Below are positions 29,163 to 37,888 of a stretch of DNA of 64,000 nucleotides, piece after piece. Position 1 is the first letter of the stretch, and every line of letters starts with the position of its first letter. This DNA is from a virus. The notes beneath the pieces were generated by a model. That model ran no database searches. It was not told the origin of the DNA and worked only from the letters and a program-made list of their open reading frames with translations. A program made the translations under genes and the position numbers. The stretch is taken from positions 1 through 64,000 of IMG/VR virus record IMGVR_UViG_3300037484_000374. One strand, 5' to 3'.

Positions 29163-29935
29163 AATTTAAAAACTATTTATTAAATGAAGGTCGGTCACGC
29201 TACATGGACGAGCAAGGAGCTGTTGATCATGTTCTATTGAATTGCGGGAAAGCCCTTACAGCCGCTAAGAAAGGTGATGTCATATATCGTGGGAAAAAGA
29301 CTAATTTTCTTTTTGATTATACTGATCCATCTAAAGGTAAGCCGAGGGTAAGCAGAAACACATCCAATCATATGACTTTGCTGATGGACAACTTACCATC
29401 ATGGAAAGGATGGCCGAAGCGAAGCAGAAGTCTTATATGTACGACAAGGGCTGCAAAGACAGTTGCTTATGGTAAAACATATGTTGTTTTACCGGAAGAT
29501 AATGTTAAGATGGGTGTTTGTTATGGTTCAGATATATGGGTATCATTCCCGTATGCTGGCATTAACTCATGGCGTGATTCTGTAAATGATTTTAATAAAT
29601 ACCTTAAAATTTTTGTCAATGATGAAAGCTGGCCATCTTTAAAGAAAGGGTTGAATATACAGGTGGATGATATTCAACTTATAGACTATGATGCTATAGA
29701 CTATGGTGCTCCTGAAATTATCAAGGATTGGAAACATCTTGGATCAACAAGTGAGCCTAATCTTACATTGTATGATCATCTCAATAAAATTCTTGATCCA
29801 AAGAAAAACAAATTCTTATTAAAGAAAGCAGGTGATGTGTTACCCAATGAAGAAAGAGAGGTATGGGTGGGTGGGCCTTGTGTTCTTATAAATTTAAGTA
29901 CGTTCTATCAGCTTATAGATGAACGTAAATTTTAA
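29159..29935 (+). CDS. CTS-leader protein, possible ADP-ribosyltransferase fold
   Basis: KFKNYLLNE leader; IYRG...SLICTT...YG..Y.V.P...EREVW. Confidence 0.6.
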   Translation: MKFKNYLLNEGRSRYMDEQGAVDHVLLNCGKALTAAKKGDVIYRGKKTNFLFDYTDPSKGKPRVSRNTSNHMTLLMDNLPSWKGWPKRSRSLICTTRAAKTVAYGKTYVVLPEDNVKMGVCYGSDIWVSFPYAGINSWRDSVNDFNKYLKIFVNDESWPSLKKGLNIQVDDIQLIDYDAIDYGAPEIIKDWKHLGSTSEPNLTLYDHLNKILDPKKNKFLLKKAGDVLPNEEREVWVGGPCVLINLSTFYQLIDERKF

Positions 29936-29955
29936 ACAAAAAAAGGGGGGGGGTT

Positions 29956-30270
29956 ATGAAATTAAGGGATTATTTAAATGAAGTGAAGTTACCACCAAAG
30001 ACATCATATGTTAAATGGAGTTCTATCTTTGATAATACAAGCAACAAATATGATGTTGAGTTGTTTATGAAGGCACTCAAGGCCGCCGGTGCAAGTAAGG
30101 TATGGGATGACAATCAATTTGGATGGTCAAACCAACCAAAGGTTGTAATGTTCACTGGTCTTGATGATAAGAAAGCAGAGGATGCTCTGGATAAACTACC
30201 TGTATTTAAAAAATGGGGTGCTGTTGTTCATGATGCAAATGATGATTGGAAAGAATACGGTAAGAAATAA
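29956..30270 (+). CDS. CTS-leader small protein
   Basis: MKLRDYLNE. Confidence 0.7.
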   Translation: MKLRDYLNEVKLPPKTSYVKWSSIFDNTSNKYDVELFMKALKAAGASKVWDDNQFGWSNQPKVVMFTGLDDKKAEDALDKLPVFKKWGAVVHDANDDWKEYGKK

Positions 30271-30283
30271 AAGGGGGATTATT

Positions 30284-30595
30284 ATGGACTATAGTAAATA
30301 TTTAATAGAGTCAAAGGTAAGTCCGAGTGATAGAAATATCATTCTCACTATTCTACTCACCGGAAAGACAGGTGGTTTTGAGATGGCAAGTGTTAACAGC
30401 CATATTCAGACCATGAAAAGGGGTAATAAATTCATAGTAAAATACCCGAAGAACTCTGCCTCTTTAGCTTTAGAACTAGCTGATATTCTTGATCTTTTAG
30501 ATATATCCTTTACCGTTGGTCTTAGCGGTGGACTTTCTATTATTACATTTGAAGACCAAAAAGAACTGTCCAAGGCCGTAGTTAATAAAAGGTAA
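30284..30595 (+). CDS. CTS-leader small protein (start corrected)
   Basis: MDYSKYLIE after AGGGGG RBS. Confidence 0.7.
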   Translation: MDYSKYLIESKVSPSDRNIILTILLTGKTGGFEMASVNSHIQTMKRGNKFIVKYPKNSASLALELADILDLLDISFTVGLSGGLSIITFEDQKELSKAVVNKR

Positions 30596-30598
30596 ATA

Positions 30599-31174
30599 AT
30601 GGAAATATCTGGAAGAGTTAGAAATATTATCAAGAAATCGAAAGTAGAGCTTATCGATATACTTGAGAAATATAGCTGGGACGTTACCCTGTCAAAGCTG
30701 ATTATGTTACTTTCCCTTGTGTATTTTCCGGGGTCACAGGTAAAGTTTGAACCTATTGAGGAGGAAATACCATCTGATCAGGGTTTTTTCCCAATAGTAG
30801 AGATATATCTAAACGGTAATATAGTTGTGTATGTCAATAAAATTCTTGTGAAATACGTTACAATGTACCCAAAGAAAAGGAAATACTGGAATTCTTGGAA
30901 TGATATTGAGAACAATAGATTTTATACCGAACTTGCCGAGGCTATCCAGAAAGGTGAGATTTACAGAGCCAATCTTAAAAGGGTAGGGGATATCATACCG
31001 TTTCTTGATTCTTCGATGACAGTTCAGCAACACCTTGATTGGGGTGTTGAAGATTATATTTATGATGGAACTCCTGAGATGGAAAATCTATTTGATGTTT
31101 TCTTAGGAAAAGATAGTCCGATTACTAAGCTATTCAAAGATGGTGTTAAAAAGTTAAAGAAGAAAGCTGATTAA
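30599..31174 (+). CDS. Hypothetical protein
   Basis: Last ORF of the operon. Confidence 0.6.
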   Translation: MEISGRVRNIIKKSKVELIDILEKYSWDVTLSKLIMLLSLVYFPGSQVKFEPIEEEIPSDQGFFPIVEIYLNGNIVVYVNKILVKYVTMYPKKRKYWNSWNDIENNRFYTELAEAIQKGEIYRANLKRVGDIIPFLDSSMTVQQHLDWGVEDYIYDGTPEMENLFDVFLGKDSPITKLFKDGVKKLKKKAD

Positions 31175-32064
31175 TCAGCTTCTTTCAATTCGATATTATA
31201 GTTGTCACCCTCTGACAAGCTGACCTCATATATTTTAAAACCCTCGAAATTATAGTGTCTGAATCTAATATCAGCATGGTCTTTTAAGTATTTTACCTGA
31301 TCGCAAATATCCCAAATTTTTGAACCCACCTTACCGTCATCCTTCCTCAATGTTCTGCCTATTGATTGTAGGACTCTGATCTTGCTTTTTGAAGGACTTC
31401 CCATAATGAGGGTATCGAGACTCTTAATATTTACACCTACTTGGAAGATTGCGTATGTGGCGATCAGGATGATATTCTTTGACTCGTTTGTTTTCTTTCT
31501 CCACTGTTCTCTTATCTCTGCATCATCTTTACCGCTGATAAACTCTATGGTTCTATCTTTTAATTCTCTACTTTTAAGTAGAATTTCTTTCAGTACAGCC
31601 CCTTCTTTTTCAACTTTATCTACCAAAATAAGAACACTGGAATTTGTTTCATTGAGGATGTGTTTTATCAGACCAACACGGTATGGATTATTAAAGCATA
31701 TATCCTTGATCGTATTGTAGTCACCCTTGATCTTTTGTTTGTAATTGATGGTTACCATATTAACATCACATCCCGCAATGTAGCCGTGCTCATGGAGCCA
31801 TTTAGAGCCATATTCTTTAATTACTGGCCCAATGAATGATTTAACAGTCAGTTCATCGAGGCGAGATGGTGGCATCGTACCGGTAAACCCAAATCTGTAT
31901 TTTGCATTGATGGCGTGTTCAAGGACTGACTCTAAAATAGCCGCTTTGCAACCATGACAATTCGAAACAACCACACCATTTGCCGTATAATTGTTATTTT
32001 TGTCTATGTGTAGGTTATATACTTTTTTTGGTTTTTTTATTATTTTTCTTTTTATAAGTTTCAT
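31171..32064 (-). CDS. uvsW: Split-intein C-fragment (35 aa, 31960-32064) plus UvsW C-extein
   Basis: VYNLHIDKNNNYTANGVVVSN|CHG...GFTGT...GVNI...QSIGR.LR. Confidence 0.92.
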   Translation of the reverse strand: MKLIKRKIIKKPKKVYNLHIDKNNNYTANGVVVSNCHGCKAAILESVLEHAINAKYRFGFTGTMPPSRLDELTVKSFIGPVIKEYGSKWLHEHGYIAGCDVNMVTINYKQKIKGDYNTIKDICFNNPYRVGLIKHILNETNSSVLILVDKVEKEGAVLKEILLKSRELKDRTIEFISGKDDAEIREQWRKKTNESKNIILIATYAIFQVGVNIKSLDTLIMGSPSKSKIRVLQSIGRTLRKDDGKVGSKIWDICDQVKYLKDHADIRFRHYNFEGFKIYEVSLSEGDNYNIELKEAD

Positions 32065-32099
32065 ATGTCTTCTTTAGGTTATTAAATATATGATCGCTA

Positions 32100-32128
32100 A
32101 ATATATCATTATTTTTGTAAAATGTCAA
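32100..32128 (-). promoter_or_regulatory. Sigma70-like promoter between the UvsW halves
   Basis: TTGACA-N17-TATATT with TG extension; the -35 overlaps the TGA stop of the N-half. Confidence 0.6.
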
Positions 32129-33099
32129 GGGTTATTGCTAATTATATCATCATTTTCATCTAATTCATCTGCCCTTACCCATCCTCTATTTTTTGTAAGT
32201 ATCTTGTGGTTACCGGTAACACACAATACAGTACCATCATCAAATATTAACTCATACATTTCTTCTTCTGTTGATATAGTCAGGTTAATATATAAATTTT
32301 TAACAATATCATTTTCATATTTTTTATTTTTTTCATTATAGGATATTACAATATCACCGATCATAATATCTTTTATTTTTACTAAACCTTTACTGGTTAA
32401 AATCTCTGTATTGCCATCTAAACATTCATCAACAATGACAGATTGAAATCTAAGCATTTCTTTCTTTCTGCGTTGTAGTGATTGCCATGTTGAAATAACA
32501 ATTGGTTTATCAAGCTGTTTTGTTTTTGCGTTCAGCTTCCCTATCAACTTTTCATCCATTCCATACTCTATAAGATCAGATTTGAATTGTTCTATAAGGG
32601 AAAGATTAGGGACAATAATTATAACATTGTTGGTTATCTTATTCTCAAGAAGGGTTTTGGTAATATATGCAATCATTACCGACTTTCCACTAGCTGTCGC
32701 TGATCGAATAATTCCCTTAGAAGTCCTCAGAGCCGTTCTAATGCAATCTTCCTGATAGTTGTAGGGGTAGTATAGTAAGTCCCATTTTGGATCAATGGCG
32801 ATACCTGTGAACGTTTTCTTGACATCAACCTCAACCTCGTATATGAGATCGGGCCAATCTTTGATTGTGTATTTGATTACGTCTAATAACAGACCGTAAG
32901 GGAATGTTCTCTTAGGTTTGCTGAATTTACTTACTTTCCCATTCCATGCACCATTTTTGAATTTTGGCATGAAATAATAGTTATCCACAAATTCTGAAAG
33001 AAATTCCATCACTCCTTTCAGGTAGTCGTAGTTACCAGTATCAATCCTTATGTTTAATGGGTCATGATATTTGAATATTATTGTTGGGTTAGCCGACAT
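32125..33099 (-). CDS. uvsW: UvsW SF2 helicase N-extein plus split-intein N-fragment (99 aa, 32125-32424)
   Basis: ATASGKS, STWQS, VIVDE|CLDGNTEI...VTGNHKI...GWVRADEL. Confidence 0.92.
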   Translation of the reverse strand: MSANPTIIFKYHDPLNIRIDTGNYDYLKGVMEFLSEFVDNYYFMPKFKNGAWNGKVSKFSKPKRTFPYGLLLDVIKYTIKDWPDLIYEVEVDVKKTFTGIAIDPKWDLLYYPYNYQEDCIRTALRTSKGIIRSATASGKSVMIAYITKTLLENKITNNVIIIVPNLSLIEQFKSDLIEYGMDEKLIGKLNAKTKQLDKPIVISTWQSLQRRKKEMLRFQSVIVDECLDGNTEILTSKGLVKIKDIMIGDIVISYNEKNKKYENDIVKNLYINLTISTEEEMYELIFDDGTVLCVTGNHKILTKNRGWVRADELDENDDIISNNP

Positions 33100-33105
33100 T
33101 TAATC

Positions 33106-33555
33106 CTATGTAGCATCCTTATTGTTTACCAGCCATTGCTTCATAAGCCAACCCTGGGTTTTAAAAGCCTCGAACACAGCCTCAAAAAAATCAACCCTTA
33201 TAGATTGTTTAATGAGTAATCTTTTTAACTCGATCACTTTAGGGTCTTTTGGTAAGTAGTATTTTTCAATTTCTACTTTCCCCAGAGAGATGGTATTATG
33301 GTGTTTAAGGTTATCATAAAGTGTTCCGATATATTCATCGGTTATATTTTGTAATCTCATGAGGTTTGATTTCTCTTTGATCAACAATAACCTGAACTGT
33401 TCAGTTAGAAATGGGTTCTTTTCTATCCGTTCCTTGATATTAAATTCATTATAATCCAGTAATCCAAATACATCATACTCTTTTTGTAGAGCGCAGAGAA
33501 TAACATCCTCGTTGATATCGCTGTCTACTTTTTGAAAAAATTTATCATTTTCCAT
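33106..33555 (-). CDS. uvsY: Recombination mediator, UvsY-like
   Basis: Helical 149 aa; K.EIE.Y...D...GW.MK; adjacent to uvsW. Confidence 0.65.
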   Translation of the reverse strand: MENDKFFQKVDSDINEDVILCALQKEYDVFGLLDYNEFNIKERIEKNPFLTEQFRLLLIKEKSNLMRLQNITDEYIGTLYDNLKHHNTISLGKVEIEKYYLPKDPKVIELKRLLIKQSIRVDFFEAVFEAFKTQGWLMKQWLVNNKDAT

Positions 33556-33590
33556 ATTTTGTTTCCGTTGTATTTATATAATAAAATACA

Positions 33591-34424
33591 TTATATATCT
33601 GTTATCAATAACTCTTTTGATTGGAATCCAGCGGCCTGTATGTGACCACCACCACCAAATTTTTCTGCTATTCTACCAACATCGATACCATCTTTGTCAG
33701 TGAACAAAGAATATTTCCAGAAGCCCGAGTTCATATATGTAAAATAGATTATAAAATCATATTTTTCTTTATCCCATTTACTATCTGCAAATTTTGAGTT
33801 TACAAGACCCCTGTTTACAGCAATACATGGGTGACCGGCAAAGCGTGTGTTAAATGCGTGGAAGTTACAATATTCCTTGGCTTGTATTTTTTCATATGCC
33901 ATAATTTTAAGACCACCATGAACAATAGATGCAACGTGTTCGTGGGTTTCATTGATAAACAATTCAACCCAATTAGGGTCTTCCGGTGGCCACTCACTTA
34001 TCTTCATACCATACTGGAATGGTAGAATATTTGGGTCTTCATGTGCCCACACATCATATCTTCCAAGTAGTTTAACAGCATATGGTATCTTTTCTGTTGA
34101 GCCTGTAATATACTCCCATGTCAACTCACATCCAGCGGTTCCTATTCTTCTCAACCCCTTGATATTATAATCTACCATTCTCTCAACACCAGTACGATGA
34201 TGATCTATCCAGTGAAGATTACACATATCATTGAGTTTTAACATATCATCAAGGGATTCAATGGTAAAATCCACCATATACACAGTTTCCCCTTGTCTGA
34301 TTTTACTAAAATCAAGAGGTATATCGTAATTTATACCGATACATTCACATAGTGGAAAAAAGTATTTTACAATAGCCGCACTACATTTTCCATCGAAATC
34401 CGATGAGTGATAATAAACTTTGAT
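33591..34424 (-). CDS. DHH/DHHA1 phosphoesterase (extended to an ATC start)
   Basis: YYHSSDFDG, MVDF, WIDHH, GGGGHIQAAGF. Confidence 0.85.
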   Translation of the reverse strand: MKVYYHSSDFDGKCSAAIVKYFFPLCECIGINYDIPLDFSKIRQGETVYMVDFTIESLDDMLKLNDMCNLHWIDHHRTGVERMVDYNIKGLRRIGTAGCELTWEYITGSTEKIPYAVKLLGRYDVWAHEDPNILPFQYGMKISEWPPEDPNWVELFINETHEHVASIVHGGLKIMAYEKIQAKEYCNFHAFNTRFAGHPCIAVNRGLVNSKFADSKWDKEKYDFIIYFTYMNSGFWKYSLFTDKDGIDVGRIAEKFGGGGHIQAAGFQSKELLITDI

Positions 34425-34435
34425 AATAACCCCCC

Positions 34436-34669
34436 CTATTCTGTTTTGTCTGATTCTTTCTTCATAAGAAGATATTCAAACTCTGAGAAGCAGAACATAT
34501 TCACAACACCGGCATCAACATTTTTAATAATCTGATACACAACGTATGTTATCTCTTCAATGACAACAATGGTGTTTGGTGGTGACACAAAGGATGCATT
34601 GATTTCTTCATAGAAAATCTGATTTGTTTTGGCATTAATATATCTTATAATTGTCATTTTATTCTCCAA
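34436..34669 (-). CDS. Hypothetical protein
   Basis: Coupled ORF. Confidence 0.55.
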   Translation of the reverse strand: MENKMTIIRYINAKTNQIFYEEINASFVSPPNTIVVIEEITYVVYQIIKNVDAGVVNMFCFSEFEYLLMKKESDKTE

Positions 34670-35528
34670 AAAATAAACTCATAGTCTCATGAGTGTTGTT
34701 TAGGATATACTCTCTGTTCATCGGCACCAATAATATATTCACTTTACTCAAGAAAAATTTATCATATTGTTTATCAAAATCAACTTCTACCTGAAACTCC
34801 TTTGGCCAATGGTGATAAGATACGGTGTCTATGTCGTATGGATTTTTCTTTATATATACAACCTTTACTTTATCACCCTCGTTAATTACCTCGTATTTAT
34901 TTTCTACTCCATGGTGTTTTAGTAGGAACCTGTAATTCCACACACCCTTTACATGCCAAGGTGTTCTTTTTATTTTCTCACCTGTACCGAGATATTTTTC
35001 AAGGTTCTTGACACCAATATTTGAACTGATATCCTCTATCTTGGCGTTTTTCATTACTCTTTTATATGTTGCTATTATATCCCTTATTTCAGTATCGTTA
35101 GCCCCTCGAAGGATCATTCCCAGAATATTTTTAAGAGCGTTCCTGAACACTGTAGGTGTCTCTGAGCGTATAATTTCGAGGCCGGTGACTTCTATCTTAT
35201 CACAATTAAAACCCTCTTCATTTACAACATTATAACCATACTTCTTTTTCTTGACAAACAGAATAGATTTACATACGATTTCCTGTTTAAATCCGATCTT
35301 GAAATCTTCAACAGCTGAGTTGTATGATATCTTCTGTGTTTCGTTGTACGCTCGATCTTCAACATATGATTCTATGATCTTTGATATTCTCAAAACAAGA
35401 TCACACTTTTCCATATCAGTGTGTTTATTCCACTGTTCGGGGGTGACACCTCTATTATATAGGAAATCCCGAACCCCTATAAAAAGCGAGTCAGTATCGA
35501 TGTAATAGATATAGTCATTCTCTTTCAT
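34659..35528 (-). CDS. gp43: Family B DNA polymerase C-terminal subunit (motif C, thumb)
   Basis: YIDTDS, KKKY, TGLEIIRSETP, WHVKG. Confidence 0.92.
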   Translation of the reverse strand: MKENDYIYYIDTDSLFIGVRDFLYNRGVTPEQWNKHTDMEKCDLVLRISKIIESYVEDRAYNETQKISYNSAVEDFKIGFKQEIVCKSILFVKKKKYGYNVVNEEGFNCDKIEVTGLEIIRSETPTVFRNALKNILGMILRGANDTEIRDIIATYKRVMKNAKIEDISSNIGVKNLEKYLGTGEKIKRTPWHVKGVWNYRFLLKHHGVENKYEVINEGDKVKVVYIKKNPYDIDTVSYHHWPKEFQVEVDFDKQYDKFFLSKVNILLVPMNREYILNNTHETMSLFFGE

Positions 35529-35911
35529 CTTACTGGAACCAACATGTCTATATTTCTATATATTAATTGACAAATATCGCTATGAACCAATGGATTTATC
35601 TCTTCCTCTGTCGTGTAAATGAAATATCTCTTTGATTCGAATTCGTATGAGAATCTTCTGTAATTAAACCCACATTTACCGTTTTTATATGATTTAATAT
35701 ACATTATCGGGGTTGTTTTGTATGGGGCATCATCCCATATACGACCGCTCATAGGGCCATCAATGAACAACCCAGTAGGTTGTTTTTTTTGTCTATTACT
35801 TGCGAAACCCATAATAATCCGAATAACAATGTAACCCATACAAATATACCATACTGGGTCGGTAACCATAATTTTTAGAAATTCAATCATGTTCTGTAAA
35901 AAATCTATCAT
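35525..35911 (-). CDS. Hypothetical membrane-anchored protein between the polymerase halves
   Basis: N-terminal hydrophobic segment; FIDGP motif. Confidence 0.6.
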   Translation of the reverse strand: MIDFLQNMIEFLKIMVTDPVWYICMGYIVIRIIMGFASNRQKKQPTGLFIDGPMSGRIWDDAPYKTTPIMYIKSYKNGKCGFNYRRFSYEFESKRYFIYTTEEEINPLVHSDICQLIYRNIDMLVPVR

Positions 35912-36109
35912 AATATAACCCCCATATTAAACCCTTTATTTTCTTAGATATATAATTAAATAACGTTATCATTCCTGTCCATAATAATCCGAATACCAAA
36001 CTGACCACCACAATAAACACCATCTTAATCTAAAATTTAGGATCGGTTATCATCCACACAAATGTACCACATAATTCTTTTAATGTTTCCAGTATCATAA
36101 CACTAACCT

Positions 36110-36469
36110 CTATTTAATTTTTTCATCAACTTCTTTAATTTCCTGTTCGATTCCTTCAAGACTTTTTGTATACCGATCAACACGTTGCTTGTATTTTTGC
36201 TTACCGGTATCGTCAAATTTGTCTTCGTTGTCTTCTAGTTGACGAGTTATCGCCTCTTTACGTAATTCTAATACCTGCCTTTGCTGTATCATGTCTCCAC
36301 GTTCACTATCCTTCTGAACAACAGTTATCTCAGAAGCAAGAGCGACATAGGTGACAACGTTCTCGGTGAACCACCATGTCCCAGCACCACCTATTACTAT
36401 TAATAATACCACAAAAACTGTCTTTTGTCCTAAATTATCTAACATAAATTTTAAAATTACTTTAACCAT
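36110..36469 (-). CDS. TM plus coiled-coil protein between the polymerase halves
   Basis: VFVVLLIVIGGAGTWWF followed by heptads. Confidence 0.65.
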   Translation of the reverse strand: MVKVILKFMLDNLGQKTVFVVLLIVIGGAGTWWFTENVVTYVALASEITVVQKDSERGDMIQQRQVLELRKEAITRQLEDNEDKFDDTGKQKYKQRVDRYTKSLEGIEQEIKEVDEKIK

Positions 36470-36655
36470 ACTAATCTCCCTTTTTTTATAATTCACAAAA
36501 CGGGCTGTGCTTACATGTCAACCGAGCGGGGCATTTTGTGCATCGATGAATTTTTATTCTCTTCGGTTTATTACGATCTTTAATCTTTTTTATTATAGCT
36601 ATAACTACTAAAACAACAAATGAAACATATTTTATAGCTATTTTAGATATACTTT

Positions 36656-37888
36656 TCATAGTATAAATTCCTTAATTTTTTCAAGACATTTTTCTTTGTT
36701 AAAATTCCACAAATTTTCATCTATTATTAAGAGATTAATATTATTTTCTTTACACTGTTGTTTTTTTATCTTGTCTCTTATTTTTCTTTTTGGTAATGAG
36801 TGCCAATAAACACCGTTGAATTCTATTGCTTTATTTAATTCTGGAAGCCATATATCCAGTTCAAGATTGAACCCTGTTTCTGGATTGACAATCTGAGTCC
36901 TATCATTGGATATAATTATATCATCATAAATGTTTTTGATAAATTCAAAAATTTCAATTTCAGCTTTTGATGATGTTGATTCATCATAGCATTTTGGACA
37001 TCGAATACCCTGTTTAAAACTATCCCACACCACTTTATACACATGACCTTTTGGGCATTTTACTTTTAATTTTGTATTTGAGTTTTTGTATTCTTTACTC
37101 AGTAATTTATATCCATCTTTCTCTATCTGTTCTTTGACAAATTCATGTGTAAGTTTCTTGTTTCCAGAACATTCCGAGCATCTTTGTCCATGATTAAAAC
37201 AATCATATACTACTTCATATTCATGATCCTTTGGACATTTTACTTTTAATTTATTTTTATTATTTTTATATGTCTTACTTAAAAGTTTATACCCTTCTTT
37301 TTCAATTTGTTCTTTGACAAATTCATGTGTAAGTTTCTTGTTTCCAGAACATTCCGAGCATCTATAACCTTGTTGGAAATCATTCCATTTTACCTTATAT
37401 TTATGTCCATTTGGACATATGGTTTTCAATTTAGTAAATGCGTTTTTATATTCTTTACTTAATAATTTATACCCTTCTTTTTCAATATATTCTTTTACAT
37501 ATTCATGTGTGAGTTTCTTCTTACCGGAACATTCAGGACATCTATTTCCCTGTTGAAAATGACCCCAGTTAACTTTATATTTATGTCCTTTAGAACACTT
37601 TACTTTCAATTTTGTTTGGGCATTAAAATATTCCTTACTTAATAATTTATACCCTTCTTTCTCGATCTGTTCCTTTACATACTCATATGTGAGTTTCTTC
37701 TTACCAGAACATTCAAGACATCTATTTCCCTGTTGAAAATTATTCCATGTTACACTCCATTCATGTCCATTTGAGCACCGAATTTTTAGTTTTGTATTAT
37801 TATTTTTATATTCCTTACTTAATAATTTATACCCTTCTTTTTCAATTTGATCTTTCACAGCCTTATATGTTAATTTTTTCAATCCCAT
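36656..37888 (-). CDS. Zinc-repeat (five repeats) putative homing endonuclease
   Basis: 180-nt repeats; ELDIWLPELNKAIEFNGVYWH; start overlaps the polymerase N-half stop. Confidence 0.85.
   Translation of the reverse strand: MGLKKLTYKAVKDQIEKEGYKLLSKEYKNNNTKLKIRCSNGHEWSVTWNNFQQGNRCLECSGKKKLTYEYVKEQIEKEGYKLLSKEYFNAQTKLKVKCSKGHKYKVNWGHFQQGNRCPECSGKKKLTHEYVKEYIEKEGYKLLSKEYKNAFTKLKTICPNGHKYKVKWNDFQQGYRCSECSGNKKLTHEFVKEQIEKEGYKLLSKTYKNNKNKLKVKCPKDHEYEVVYDCFNHGQRCSECSGNKKLTHEFVKEQIEKDGYKLLSKEYKNSNTKLKVKCPKGHVYKVVWDSFKQGIRCPKCYDESTSSKAEIEIFEFIKNIYDDIIISNDRTQIVNPETGFNLELDIWLPELNKAIEFNGVYWHSLPKRKIRDKIKKQQCKENNINLLIIDENLWNFNKEKCLEKIKEFIL

Noticed and set aside
35883-36098. In-frame TAG in a small membrane ORF, suggesting stop-codon recoding
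   Set aside because: Long conserved genes contain no internal TAG and several genes end at TAG (16740, 22769, 56048); a nonsense mutation is simpler.
35529-37887. Group I intron or intein joining the polymerase halves
   Set aside because: The interval is filled with ORFs, no intron core is recognisable by eye, and there are no intein terminal motifs; not excluded computationally.
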